Positions 1 through 10,581 are shown, numbered from the stretch's first letter. The stretch: DNA of 32,000 bases from Ferroglobus placidus DSM 10642 (GCF_000025505.1 NC_013849.1:420001-452000), one strand, 5' to 3'. A program made the numbers and translations. The notes: a model not told the origin generated them from the sequence alone.

Positions 1-2
1 CA

Positions 3-1511
3 AAAGCAAATCAGCCATCAAGCGCCTACGTGAGCGTATCTAATGGTGTCGTCTCGGCAACAAACCCCATGCCCGTCCCAATAAGCCTGGACAGAATACG
101 GCTCACCGTAAACGGAGAGCCCGTGCCAATACAGGATGCAAATCACAACGGGGTGTGGGAGCCTTTCGAGAAAATCACCTTCGACCTCAATTCAATGCTC
201 AAAAAAGATGTGGCTGTTGTAACGCTTTACATTGACGGGAAGGAGGTTTACAGATCTGTTTATACAAGGCCGACAGCCTTCCCGGAGGACGCACAGTTCC
301 CCGTTATCGATGTGAATGCATCTGCAGGGGGGAAGAAAGGCCTCACCCTGGACATCTCCATCGATGATGATGTTGCAGTTGCCCTTCAGGAAGTTCGGAT
401 AGGTGATGTTAAGGGTGAGAAACTGTACAGCCAGACCGACTTTCTGGAGGAGTACGTGAAGGGGCACAGAGGAGGCAAGTGCAAGCATGAACACGAGGGC
501 AAGAAGTTCAGGAAAGCTGTAGAAAAATACTGGAAAGAAATTGGAGAGAATGGAGAGAAGGGTGAAAAATACTGGAAAGAGGCAGAAGTGAGCGAGAAGT
601 TCTGGAAGGAGGTAAAAAAGTACTGGGATGAGATAGAGAAGGAGCACATTGGAGAGCACTACAAGGTTGAGAAGAAGATCGCTGTTCTGCTTGAAAAACT
701 CATGGGGGCTGTGAAGGAGGGTGGAAAGTCCAGCATACCCTGCGACCTCAAGCATGTCAGCAGCGAGGTCACAATCAACCAAAACCTCTCAGCCGATCAG
801 TACATCAGGATTGTTGCAAAGGATATTACCGGCAAAACCTCCTCAAAAATCCTCTGGCTGCGCGAGCTGGCACCGGAAGTCCACATCATACGTCCAGCAG
901 ACGGGCAGAAGTTCTGGAACAACGAGGACATATCCATTCTCGCCAGAGCTATTGGAGCTGATAGAGTGTACCTGTACGTTGACGGCCGTCTAATACTGAG
1001 TGAGAATGCCGGATCGAGCCCCTACGACTTCGGGAAGAATGTCAGGCTTGATGTCGGAACCCACACGATAAAGGCGAGGGCGGTGAACAATGTGGGGGCA
1101 GGGGAGGATTCTATCACGATAACCGTCATACCGGATAACCCGCCAACTGTCAGAATAACGCAGCCAAAGAATGGACAGACCTTCACAACAACCGGAAATG
1201 CTTACAAGTTAACTGTTACGGCAACAGCCTCAGACGACAGAGGTGTTAGAGAGGTCAGGTTCTACGACAATGGCAGATTCATCGGTAGCGATCTAAGTGC
1301 CCCATACCAGATTACAGCAACCCTTGGACTCGGAACCCACACAATAAAGGCTGTGGCAGTTGACACAGCAGGCCAGACAGCTTCTGACACCGTAATGATT
1401 ACCGTGAAGAAGGTTGGACAGCCTCCAAAGATAGTTCAGGCTTCTGTTCCTGCTATCGGGTGGAGTACCGACTTTAGTGGAGGTACTCCCGTTGTAGGAG
1501 GTGGTAGTTAA
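3..1511 (+). CDS. Large, probably exported/surface protein with charged coiled segment and C-terminal bacterial Ig-like domains (5'-partial; frame is open upstream of the GTG at 30)
   Basis: Open frame continues to the left window edge (KANQPSSAYVSVSNG...). Ig-type modules PTVRITQPKNGQTFTTTG...ASDDRGVREVRFYDNGRFIGSD...GLGTHTIKAVAVDTAGQTASDTVMITVKK. Stop overlaps the next ATG. Confidence 0.85.
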   Translation, partial: KANQPSSAYVSVSNGVVSATNPMPVPISLDRIRLTVNGEPVPIQDANHNGVWEPFEKITFDLNSMLKKDVAVVTLYIDGKEVYRSVYTRPTAFPEDAQFPVIDVNASAGGKKGLTLDISIDDDVAVALQEVRIGDVKGEKLYSQTDFLEEYVKGHRGGKCKHEHEGKKFRKAVEKYWKEIGENGEKGEKYWKEAEVSEKFWKEVKKYWDEIEKEHIGEHYKVEKKIAVLLEKLMGAVKEGGKSSIPCDLKHVSSEVTINQNLSADQYIRIVAKDITGKTSSKILWLRELAPEVHIIRPADGQKFWNNEDISILARAIGADRVYLYVDGRLILSENAGSSPYDFGKNVRLDVGTHTIKARAVNNVGAGEDSITITVIPDNPPTVRITQPKNGQTFTTTGNAYKLTVTATASDDRGVREVRFYDNGRFIGSDLSAPYQITATLGLGTHTIKAVAVDTAGQTASDTVMITVKKVGQPPKIVQASVPAIGWSTDFSGGTPVVGGGS

Positions 1512-4500
1512 TGAAGCGGGCTGTTTTAGTTTTACTGCTGGCAGCGCTCATGCTCATCGCCCAGCCAGTTAGTGCCTGGGGCGCCCCATCCATCTCACTC
1601 TCACCAACCGGAACTGTAAAGACAACGTCTGTAACATTCACAGCCTCTGCAAGCGATTCAGATGGCGTCAAGTCCATCGCTCTGTACGTTGACGGCCGTT
1701 TGTCGGCCTCGAAGACATACGGAAGCTGTGGATATGAAACGGTGAAGAAGTGCGGATACAAGACTGAGAAGGTCAGAAAATGCGGATGGAAGTATCAGAA
1801 GAGCTGTACACCTGTATTCAAGTGCTGGAGCGAGAGAGAGTGCAAACCAAAAGTGAGTTGCAAGCAGAGTTGGGTGTGTCCTGGTCTGGGATGGCTTGCA
1901 GGGAAATGCTTTGCGCATGCGCCATTGCCTCCATGGTACAGAGGGATCTGCAATGCCTGTGCCAGAGAACAATGTACAAAATCTGAAGATTGCCACAATG
2001 TGAGGAAATGTGGCTGGAAGCAGGAGTGCTACACCAGACCCACTTACAGGTGCTGGTATGAGAATGAGAAGAGGTACACCTGCTGGAATGAGAAAGAGTA
2101 CAGGTGCAACTATCCTCACTCAGCATCTCTCAGCAAAACTGTTAGCCTCAATCCAGGTTATCATTCCGTCAAGGTAGTGGCTGCAGATGCCAAGGGCCAC
2201 ACATCAGCCAGGACTTTCTCTGTAAGTGTGGTTGAGGTCAGACCACCAACAGTCTCCCTCTCACCGCCAGGAGGCACATTCACAACCTCAGGAAGCAGCA
2301 TAACCAGGACGTTCACAGCCACAGCAAAAGACGAGCGCGGTGTGAAATGGATTGCAATGTATTTGGATGGCAGAATGGTGGGATCGAGATACTGCTACTC
2401 ACCAACCTGCAGTCTGAGCAAAGCTCTCACGCTCACAGTTGGAAAGCACACAATCACGGTTAAGGCGAAGAAAGATAGCCTCTGGGGTGCCGAGGCGAGG
2501 AAGGACTGGACTGTTACCGTTATAAAGGATGTTAACGTCAACCTTGAATACGACGCCAAGGTGCCGTATTTCGCCGACAAGCTCCCGGTTAAGATTAACC
2601 TGGCCAATGTGCCTCTGAGAGCTGTAGCGAAGGTAACTGTCGATGGAGAGGAGGTTTTCAGCGGTACCTGCTCTGGCAGCTGCAACCTTGCCGTAAATGT
2701 ACCGCTCAAGGGCCTTGAGAACAGGGTTGGGGCAGCCAAGAGTTACGAGATGAAGATCACGGTGAATGCCGGTAGCATCACGATAACAAAGACCAGGAAG
2801 ATTGAGGTTAAGAGGGGCGAAAGCTTCCTGCCTGGCTCGGAGATCACAATCTACATCAAAGCTAAGAAGGGAATCGGGCGTGTTACAAAGTTTGAGCTCA
2901 CATACGGTGGCAAGAAGTACGATCCGCTGCAGTGGCCAAGCGAGCTGAACGAGTATGCGGACAAGATGGTGGAGGTGCCCTTCAAGATCAGGGTTACGAA
3001 GTCAGATGATGCAACAGTCACAATCTGCAACCTGTATGGCTGTGATGACAAGAAGATGAAGATATTTACAGGTAATGTGGTTGTAGATGCTCCTCCAGCC
3101 GTCAGAATAACGCAGCCAGCAGACGGCAGCACGTTCACAACAACCAGCAACAGCTACAGGTTAACTGTTAAGGCCTCAGCATCAGATGACAGAGGAGTTA
3201 GAGAGGTCAGGTTCTACGACAATGGCAGATTCATCGGCAGCGATCCATCACCGCCGTACGAAGTTACAGCAACCCTTGGACTCGGAACCCACACAATAAA
3301 GGCTGTGGCAGTTGATACTGCTGGGCAGACAAACTCTGACACCGTAATGATTACCGTGAAGAAGGTGGGACCAACACCTACCCCGACACCCACGCCAACT
3401 CCAACACCAGCAGATAACCCACCAACTGTTAAGATAACTTACCCACACGATGGAGATACCTTCACCACGAACAATCTCTTCAGGACGATCAAGGCGACAG
3501 CGAGTGATGACAGAGGAGTTAAAGAGGTTAGGTTCTACATCGATAATGCCTTTGCAGGGAGAGACAGCAGCCCGCCATATGAGATCCAGATACCATTCCA
3601 GCTCATAGGCCTATACGGTAAGCCCGGAAAGCACACAATAAAGGCTGTGGCAGTTGACACGGCAGGCCAGACCGGCGAGGACAGCATAACTGTTACTGTG
3701 GTGAAAGTAGAGCCTACACCTACACCAGATAACCCGCCAACAGTCAAGATAATCTATCCGCACGATGGAGACTCCTTTACGACCTCCAGCAGCACCTACA
3801 GGCTTACAATCCATGCAACCGCTTCAGATGACAAAGGTGTCAAAGAGGTCAGGTTCTACGTCGATGGAGATTACATAGGTGTGGGTGAACCATCGCATTT
3901 CCAGACAACTCCAACTCAGGCGATCACAACCAGCCTTGGAATCGGAACTCACACAATAAAGGCCGTGGCAGTTGACACAGCAGGCCAGACCGGCGAGGAC
4001 AGCATAACTGTTACTGTGAAGAAAGCCACTGACAACCCACCAACAGTCAGGATAACTGATCCACACGATGGATACACAATCACTCTGGCAAATAACGAGA
4101 ACAGCTACTTCCTGAAGGTCACGGCAACCGCTTCAGACGACAAGGGTCTCAAGTCGGTTACCTTCTACCTTGATGGAAAGTATCAGGAAGCTCACAGATG
4201 GAGCTGGCCCTATCCAACCACAAAGACTGTTAAAGCCTCGGTGCAGATCACCAGTACTGGAAAGCACACAATCAAAGCTGTTGCTGTTGACACAACAGGA
4301 CATACTGGCGAGGACAGCATAACAGTGTATGTTAAGAGGGCGGAAGAAACAGATAACCCGCCAACAGTCGAGATAACATATCCACGCAATGGAGACGTCT
4401 TCACGACCTCAGGATACACATACACTCTGACAGTAAGGGTGTCCGCTCATGACGACAAGGGTGTTAAGAAGCTCACATACTACCTTGACGGAACAGCCCT

Positions 4501-6508
4501 GTCGGATACATCCTTCTATCCGTACCCAACTGACAAATCTGACAGATATACAATGACTCTATTAACGGGAAGACACACGATCAGGGTTGTTGCTGTAGAC
4601 ACAGCAGGACAGACAGACTCAGATAGCGTAACCATTACCGTGAAGAAGGCCACTCCTACTCCGACACCGACACCAACTCCAACACCTACACCCACCGTCT
4701 GTGGAGACGGCAAACCTCCATCAGTCCAGATCACCAACCCACGCAATGGTGCGAAGATCTGTACTGATAACGGTGGAAGCACCGCCCGGATTACAATCAG
4801 GGCGCATGCTCAGGATGCTGATGGAATCATGAAGGTTGAGTTCTACAACAATGGAGTCAAGATCGGAGACGGCCAGCCAACAGCAGCAGGTATGTACGAG
4901 ATCACAACAACTCTTGGGGTTGGAACCCACACAATTAAGGCTGTTGCAAGGGACAACTGTGATCAGAGAAGCAGCGATCAGATTACAATAACTGTGGAGA
5001 GGTGCTACTGTGGAGACGGCAAACCTCCATCAGTCCAGATTCTCTATCCAAGTGACGGACAAACGTTTACCACAACTGGAAACAGCATCCGTGTAACAAT
5101 CAAAGTCGACGCGAAAGATCCAGACGGGATCTCTGATGTCAACATCTACGACAACGGAAATAAGCTTGATGCGTACAAATTCTATGACTCCTCCTACGGA
5201 TGGATCTACAAGGCTAGCTCGAACCTCGGTCCCGGAACCCACACAATTAAGGCTGTTGCAACGGACAACTGTGGACAGAGCAGCAGCGATCAGATTACTG
5301 TGAGTGTGCACGTGAGGAAGCCTATATACTACATCAAGCACCTGTTCTTCGACCTAGGGTCTGCCTTCTCCGACAAAGTTATCGTGAGAGAAGACAAGAT
5401 GTTCGTGAATAAGAATAAGGAGGACATCAGCAGAAATGCAGCATACAAGTACAGCGGCTGCATACCGCCGTATCTCTTCCGGGGCTCTACCCTGTACGGT
5501 GCATGGGTGTACGATCCGGATAATCCATATAAAAAGTACTACTTCGTCACTGCAGACAAGTTCACCACACTGGATAGCGGCCTTATAGGCGCGAAGGGCG
5601 GCTTCTGGGATGCGCTTTCCTATGGAGACGTGAAGCCAGGGTTCCGCTACAAGGACCTGAGATCTATCCTCAGCGTGATAAAGAGCCACCTGAAGCCAGG
5701 ATACAAGTGGGATGTTGAGGGATGGGGCGATGAACCGCAGGTTAAGCTCTGGGTAAATAAATTCTCAGTGCCGCCAATCCTTGTTATAGAGCCGATAGAC
5801 ACAATAGGTGTCGTCAAGGCGAGCTACAAGCTCGAAACAAGGTACGGGAAGACTTATGAAAAGACTTTCATTGACTCAAGCAAAGACGATGTAGGTTTGG
5901 TTGGAGTTGGTGCTCCGGGTACGAGAGGTGATCCGAAGTGCGGTTACACCGACGGTATCGATACAGATCTGATTATGGACGGAAAATGGCATCAGCTTGA
6001 TATAACCTTGGAGGACGTCGAGGGCAACGTCAAGACATACCACTATAAGGTCAGATGGGTTGGATCGTGGAGCAACCCAGTTGAGGTCAAGCAATCTACG
6101 GCGGGCGATACTACATCCAAGGTGTGTAGATATGTAACAGAAAACGTCAGAAAGTGCGGTTACAAGACTGAGGAGGTCTGTAGAAATGAGTTCAGGTGCT
6201 GGGATGAGAAGAAGTGTGGATGGCATAAAGAGTGCAGTAAGCCGTGGTGGTGCTTCTGGTGTTCAGAAAAATGCGAGTGGAAGTACAGCTGTAAGACTGA
6301 GAGAAAGTGTGGCTGGAAGCCAGTGTGCCGGAGCGAGAGGAAATACAAGTGCTGGTACGAGCCTGTGAGGAAATACACCTGCTGGACTGAGCCTGTGGAG
6401 AGGTACAAGTGCTGGAATGAAAGGAAGTGTGGCTGGAAGCCAGTGTGCCGGAGCGAGAGAAAATACACCTGCTGGACTGAGCCTGTGAAGAGGTACGTGT
6501 GCAAATAA
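1511..6508 (+). CDS. Giant secreted/surface multi-Ig-like-domain protein with TP-repeat linkers and Cys/Trp/Lys-rich blocks at both ends
   Basis: 1665 aa; signal peptide MKRAVLVLLLAALMLIAQPVSA; about nine PPTV.I..P..G.TFTT...A.D..GV..V.FY.DG modules; (TP)n linkers; C-terminal repeats KCGWKPVCRSERKYTCWTEPV. Confidence 0.93.
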   Translation: MKRAVLVLLLAALMLIAQPVSAWGAPSISLSPTGTVKTTSVTFTASASDSDGVKSIALYVDGRLSASKTYGSCGYETVKKCGYKTEKVRKCGWKYQKSCTPVFKCWSERECKPKVSCKQSWVCPGLGWLAGKCFAHAPLPPWYRGICNACAREQCTKSEDCHNVRKCGWKQECYTRPTYRCWYENEKRYTCWNEKEYRCNYPHSASLSKTVSLNPGYHSVKVVAADAKGHTSARTFSVSVVEVRPPTVSLSPPGGTFTTSGSSITRTFTATAKDERGVKWIAMYLDGRMVGSRYCYSPTCSLSKALTLTVGKHTITVKAKKDSLWGAEARKDWTVTVIKDVNVNLEYDAKVPYFADKLPVKINLANVPLRAVAKVTVDGEEVFSGTCSGSCNLAVNVPLKGLENRVGAAKSYEMKITVNAGSITITKTRKIEVKRGESFLPGSEITIYIKAKKGIGRVTKFELTYGGKKYDPLQWPSELNEYADKMVEVPFKIRVTKSDDATVTICNLYGCDDKKMKIFTGNVVVDAPPAVRITQPADGSTFTTTSNSYRLTVKASASDDRGVREVRFYDNGRFIGSDPSPPYEVTATLGLGTHTIKAVAVDTAGQTNSDTVMITVKKVGPTPTPTPTPTPTPADNPPTVKITYPHDGDTFTTNNLFRTIKATASDDRGVKEVRFYIDNAFAGRDSSPPYEIQIPFQLIGLYGKPGKHTIKAVAVDTAGQTGEDSITVTVVKVEPTPTPDNPPTVKIIYPHDGDSFTTSSSTYRLTIHATASDDKGVKEVRFYVDGDYIGVGEPSHFQTTPTQAITTSLGIGTHTIKAVAVDTAGQTGEDSITVTVKKATDNPPTVRITDPHDGYTITLANNENSYFLKVTATASDDKGLKSVTFYLDGKYQEAHRWSWPYPTTKTVKASVQITSTGKHTIKAVAVDTTGHTGEDSITVYVKRAEETDNPPTVEITYPRNGDVFTTSGYTYTLTVRVSAHDDKGVKKLTYYLDGTALSDTSFYPYPTDKSDRYTMTLLTGRHTIRVVAVDTAGQTDSDSVTITVKKATPTPTPTPTPTPTPTVCGDGKPPSVQITNPRNGAKICTDNGGSTARITIRAHAQDADGIMKVEFYNNGVKIGDGQPTAAGMYEITTTLGVGTHTIKAVARDNCDQRSSDQITITVERCYCGDGKPPSVQILYPSDGQTFTTTGNSIRVTIKVDAKDPDGISDVNIYDNGNKLDAYKFYDSSYGWIYKASSNLGPGTHTIKAVATDNCGQSSSDQITVSVHVRKPIYYIKHLFFDLGSAFSDKVIVREDKMFVNKNKEDISRNAAYKYSGCIPPYLFRGSTLYGAWVYDPDNPYKKYYFVTADKFTTLDSGLIGAKGGFWDALSYGDVKPGFRYKDLRSILSVIKSHLKPGYKWDVEGWGDEPQVKLWVNKFSVPPILVIEPIDTIGVVKASYKLETRYGKTYEKTFIDSSKDDVGLVGVGAPGTRGDPKCGYTDGIDTDLIMDGKWHQLDITLEDVEGNVKTYHYKVRWVGSWSNPVEVKQSTAGDTTSKVCRYVTENVRKCGYKTEEVCRNEFRCWDEKKCGWHKECSKPWWCFWCSEKCEWKYSCKTERKCGWKPVCRSERKYKCWYEPVRKYTCWTEPVERYKCWNERKCGWKPVCRSERKYTCWTEPVKRYVCK

Positions 6509-6850
6509 GGAAGAGCATTATGCAGGAACCACTACTTAACAATCACACTCAGCCCACAGCCCAGTCCCCGAATAGCAGGTATGTACGGGGTTACCTCGAT
6601 CTACAGACCTAAAGGATAAAATAAAAATTTATAAATTTTTTATTTTTATTTGGTGAAAGCGTTTACAGGAGCGCCCCCCCTTTTGATCCCACAGCTGTTC
6701 CAGCTGCACCATTTTCTATGGGCTTTGCCTTTGCACTCAAACTCCTTTGCGAAGTCGACTCCTAACCCTTCAACCAACCGTTTTTTCCCAGACCAATCAT
6801 TTCTTGGCAGATATATCTGACGGAGCTGAAATACCGTAAAGCATATGCAC

Positions 6851-8104
6851 TTATTCAATCTCAACAGAATATATTTCAAAGTCTGGGTTTTTACCGAAGT
6901 TGTCTATTATAATTATCGGTGCCACCCAGGGATCAATTAGCTCTTTCTCAGTCCCGTTGATATTCACACGCAGTACCGTGTATCGGGGGTCATGGTTGAA
7001 TATTTTTCTAAAGTTGAGGTTAAGTCCTTCGGGGTTTATAACCATCTCAGCATGACCATCCTGGGGATTTCTGTGTTTACTGTATCCGAATACATATGCA
7101 TCAAACCCGAGGCTCCTGAGCAAGGCTGTATCGAAGATAGCTGCGTCCTCGCAGACTCCTCCATTAATTATGCTGTTGCCGATGTAGCTCTCAGCCACAA
7201 TTCTTGCAGTGCGAGTCCTGTTGCCCTCATAAACCGGGATTTTTAAGATGTAGGATGCATTAAAGTTGTTTATATTCATATTGTACGGCCCCCTAACACT
7301 TCCCGCCAGCAGGGCAAGGATAAGGGTCTGGGTGCGGTTGTAGTGCAACTCTTCAGCATAGTGCCTAACCTCATCTGCTAGCTTCCTAATTATTCTGGAA
7401 TCCTCTGGCGAAAACCGCATAACACCGTAGTAGAACGGACGGGATAGTACTACCTCCCCCTTGCTGTTAAGCATTGTCAGATTGTCTGGCCGGTTGTTCA
7501 GGTTAGGAGCGGGCTGAATCTTCATAAGGAATCTGTGCAGAGACTCATTTCTTTTCATGTCCAGCGGTATTTCAAACCCCCTGACAACTACTGAAAATTT
7601 GAGTTCCTCACTCTTCTTTATAAAGCACTCCCTCACAGAATACGTGACCGCCGGATACCTGTACACCATTTCCACTTTCGGAACATATGCGGTTACCCTG
7701 TACTTCCCTTCTCCGACCTTTTCTACCACGTGAATAGAGCCGCATACCTGGTCGAGCACTTCTCCCCACTTTACCCTGAGAAACATCAGCCCTAACTTCC
7801 CCTTGTGGTAGAACAGCTCGCCATCCGTGTACCAGTCGTGAGATAGTATGATTTGTGCCCTGTACGGATTGTAGTTTTCAATCACATATTCTCTGCTCGG
7901 CTTCCAGATCTTCTTCTCCCCGAGCCAGTACTGGATGTTCAGCTTCCAGCAGTCGATCACGTCAGAAGGTTGCATTGAGCTGCCCTCCACAACCGGCAGA
8001 AAATAAATGGCTGGAATAACGACGTAAACAAGGATCAGACCGGCCAGGACAGCCTTCTTCCATCTCTCCATACTGTCACCCCTCGCCCTCACATTCGCTT
8101 TCAC
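6851..8104 (-). CDS. Membrane-anchored transglutaminase-like (papain-fold) extracellular protein
   Basis: Reverse complement of 8104 reads GTG AAA GCG AAT GTG AGG = MKANVR. N-terminal TM AVLAGLILVYVVIPAIYFL. Catalytic-triad-like motifs NGGVCEDAAIFDTALLRSLGFDAYV (Cys), DGHAEMVI (His), LIDPWV (Asp). The likely start may be the internal MERWKK. Confidence 0.8.
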   Translation of the reverse strand: MKANVRARGDSMERWKKAVLAGLILVYVVIPAIYFLPVVEGSSMQPSDVIDCWKLNIQYWLGEKKIWKPSREYVIENYNPYRAQIILSHDWYTDGELFYHKGKLGLMFLRVKWGEVLDQVCGSIHVVEKVGEGKYRVTAYVPKVEMVYRYPAVTYSVRECFIKKSEELKFSVVVRGFEIPLDMKRNESLHRFLMKIQPAPNLNNRPDNLTMLNSKGEVVLSRPFYYGVMRFSPEDSRIIRKLADEVRHYAEELHYNRTQTLILALLAGSVRGPYNMNINNFNASYILKIPVYEGNRTRTARIVAESYIGNSIINGGVCEDAAIFDTALLRSLGFDAYVFGYSKHRNPQDGHAEMVINPEGLNLNFRKIFNHDPRYTVLRVNINGTEKELIDPWVAPIIIIDNFGKNPDFEIYSVEIE

Positions 8105-8688
8105 AGAACGAGGGCGAGCAGTCTGTGCTTCCCTCCAGCAGCACGCGCAGCATGCTCGATGAGCAAGTTTCTGAGTTTCTCTCTGGAACTTTTGTCGTCA
8201 AACAGTGAATACCTGGTCTCTGTCAGCAGCACTGCAAGCTCCCCGATCTCGTGAATATCTGAGACCTGAAGTACGGATCTGTCAGCAACTTTCTCCATCT
8301 CAATTCCGCTGAGGCAGGAGTCGAATATGAACCTCAGCTCCTCTAACTCTCTGTCCAGAAACTCCACAACACTCTTCAGGTTGCCGCTGTCAAGATCGTG
8401 GAGGATGTCTAAGAGGTAATCGACGGTGTGGTTTGCCTCTACTGGGACCTCTACCTCTGCTGCCTTCCCAGCCTCTTTTACCTCAACATCTGGCTCAGCA
8501 TTCGTTCCCTCCACACACCCATCCGTATGCCTCTGCTCCCACTCTCTCTCCTGCTCCTGCAATCCATCCTCTGCCTTTCCAGCCTTAACACCTGCACATG
8601 CACCGTTCATTTCAACCTCCATCATCTCAATCCCCTCCAGCAGATGAAGAAAGCTAAAAAAACCACTATCTCTTCCCCTCCAGCTCAT
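8101..8688 (-). CDS. Hypothetical acidic protein with helical C-terminal region
   Basis: 195 aa ORF overlapping both neighbours by a few bases in operon-like fashion; DYLLDILHDLDSGNLKSVVEFLDRELEELRFIFDSC. Confidence 0.6.
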   Translation of the reverse strand: MSWRGRDSGFFSFLHLLEGIEMMEVEMNGACAGVKAGKAEDGLQEQEREWEQRHTDGCVEGTNAEPDVEVKEAGKAAEVEVPVEANHTVDYLLDILHDLDSGNLKSVVEFLDRELEELRFIFDSCLSGIEMEKVADRSVLQVSDIHEIGELAVLLTETRYSLFDDKSSREKLRNLLIEHAARAAGGKHRLLALVL

Positions 8689-10453
8689 CCAGCTCCCTCT
8701 CCCACTTCTCCCTCAATGGATTTCTGTAGGAGATCTCGCCAAGCCCTATTTCCAGCTTAATCTTCCTGAGGTCCGGATCCCTCGCCTCGCTGACGAAGGC
8801 CTCCACTATCCTGTCCTTCACCTTCTGGAACTCTCTTTCGATGGCTGAGTGCAGGGCAAACCCCTTCAGCCCCTCCTTTCTGAGCCTCTCCTCAATCCTC
8901 CTTTTTTCAGCCTCAAATGCACTGAAAAGCCTTCTGAACTCCTGGGATCGAAGGGCCTTCTCAACCCTCTCCCTCTCCATCAGCGCAAATGCCCCTGCTG
9001 TCATATACATGCAAACTGCTGGGAGTACAAGGAACAGGCCGAGTCCGATCAGTATTACATAGAGCTTCAGTGCCGCCCCGCCAAGGGTTGTGCAGGCTAT
9101 GTGCGTTACAAACATCCCTCCAAGCACAAGCCATCCCTCTGGAGTTGTGACCAAACCAATTGCGAGAGAGGTCAGCAGCGCAAATCCCAGAGTGATCGGG
9201 ATGAGGAAGTACACTCCTGCAGTAACATACACTGCAATCGTTGCCCATCCAGCAATGCTATGAGGGGCTGTGCGGATAATGTCCATTGAGTTGAAGATGA
9301 GAATCATTGCAGATCCGATGATTGGAGCTGCTAAGACAGCATCCCTCTCGCACCCTCCTCCGAATATCCCGGTTGGCAGTCTCTTCCTCACCGCTTCACC
9401 CAGTATACCCTTAATAAGGTCAGCTCCAGCTACCGAGAGGGCAACGATGGCGAATGCGAACTTCGGCCCCCACACCCTCAGCTCCTCGATTCCGGGCATC
9501 TGCAGTTCAGGCATCGATGCCTGAGTTGCAGTGGGTATTGGTGTTGGTGCTGGTGATGCTGGTGGTGCTGCAGACATCCCCTTCATCACGTAAAACAAAA
9601 AGGAGAGGTAGGCTGCCACCATGGCCACATCAACCACGATGCCAACAAAGCTCTCCTTTGCAGATCCGATTAGCACTGCAGTGAACAGCATTAATGCTAT
9701 GAAGCACGGTATGAACTCAACCGGGAAGAAGCCGTGGAGTGGGTGGTCTGGCACCACATATCCCTTCACCGCATGCAGGAGATAGAATGCTATCAGCACG
9801 GGCATGACAAATCCGCCCAGGTTCACTCCGGCAACCCTGTCATACCCAGGTTCGGGGAAGCTGTAAACCCTGAAATCACGCATATCTGCAAGACCACATA
9901 TCTGCACGGTTGGGAGCTTCCTGTCGAAGTTGAAACCCACGTTTATCCTGCTGAGGAGGAATATGACAGTCCACACAACTATCCCTGCTGCAATGGAGTC
10001 AAGGACGTATGCCATTGCAAGGGGAGCAATTACGAGCGTGTAAAGCATGTATTCTGCACGGGGTGATACGTTCTTATTGAGGTAGAAGGGGAGGACGATC
10101 TGGAGGAGTGAGTAGAGGGCCAGGGAGAGGGCTAGCACAGTGGGAATCACCCACTCGGGTGCAGTGGTGAACGGGAACAGTGATTCTGCATATACAATGA
10201 AGGGGTGGAGTTTGAGGTAGACGGCATCACCCACTAGGACGGCATGCTTCATTGCGAAGGCGAAGGCAATGAGGGGGACTGCAATCACGGCCTCAAGTAC
10301 AAGCTTGATAATCCCGGCTGCCTCGGAGGGTATGGAAGTGAGATTAAGTGGGAGGTTGAAATTGAGGCCCGGTAGTGTTGCCATCATAAACTCTCTTCCT
10401 GGTATAGCCGGTATAGCTGACATTACCTCTCTCAGCACATTCATTCCACTCAT
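8666..10453 (-). CDS. Polytopic integral membrane protein (many predicted TM helices) with charged cytosolic C-terminus
   Basis: 595 aa; repeated hydrophobic segments (e.g. AVIAVPLIAFAFAM, WVIPTVLALSLALYSLLQIVLPFYL, VYLKLHP) and a Lys/Glu-rich tail EKREWERELDEL-like. Confidence 0.85.
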   Translation of the reverse strand: MSGMNVLREVMSAIPAIPGREFMMATLPGLNFNLPLNLTSIPSEAAGIIKLVLEAVIAVPLIAFAFAMKHAVLVGDAVYLKLHPFIVYAESLFPFTTAPEWVIPTVLALSLALYSLLQIVLPFYLNKNVSPRAEYMLYTLVIAPLAMAYVLDSIAAGIVVWTVIFLLSRINVGFNFDRKLPTVQICGLADMRDFRVYSFPEPGYDRVAGVNLGGFVMPVLIAFYLLHAVKGYVVPDHPLHGFFPVEFIPCFIALMLFTAVLIGSAKESFVGIVVDVAMVAAYLSFLFYVMKGMSAAPPASPAPTPIPTATQASMPELQMPGIEELRVWGPKFAFAIVALSVAGADLIKGILGEAVRKRLPTGIFGGGCERDAVLAAPIIGSAMILIFNSMDIIRTAPHSIAGWATIAVYVTAGVYFLIPITLGFALLTSLAIGLVTTPEGWLVLGGMFVTHIACTTLGGAALKLYVILIGLGLFLVLPAVCMYMTAGAFALMERERVEKALRSQEFRRLFSAFEAEKRRIEERLRKEGLKGFALHSAIEREFQKVKDRIVEAFVSEARDPDLRKIKLEIGLGEISYRNPLREKWERELDELEGKR

Positions 10454-10581
10454 AAATCTCCACCTCCCTATTCCTTACTTCTTATACCAAAAATAGCAAA
10501 AAACTAGCGCCCCTCAAGATGAGGGGCGCATCAGTCAATTATCTTATAGGGTGTCAGGGCAGATCTGTTACGGCCAGTTAT

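Noticed and set aside
192-782. 196-aa minus-strand ORF (and other antisense ORFs within the Ig genes, 1474-6542)
   Set aside because: Antisense to a clearly domain-bearing coding sequence; hydrophobic low-complexity translation, no RBS logic; shadow ORFs.
8666-10453. Assigning the polytopic protein to conjugative TrbL/VirB6
   Set aside because: Only topology is similar; no recognisable motif or neighbouring VirB4/VirD4 ATPase in the window.
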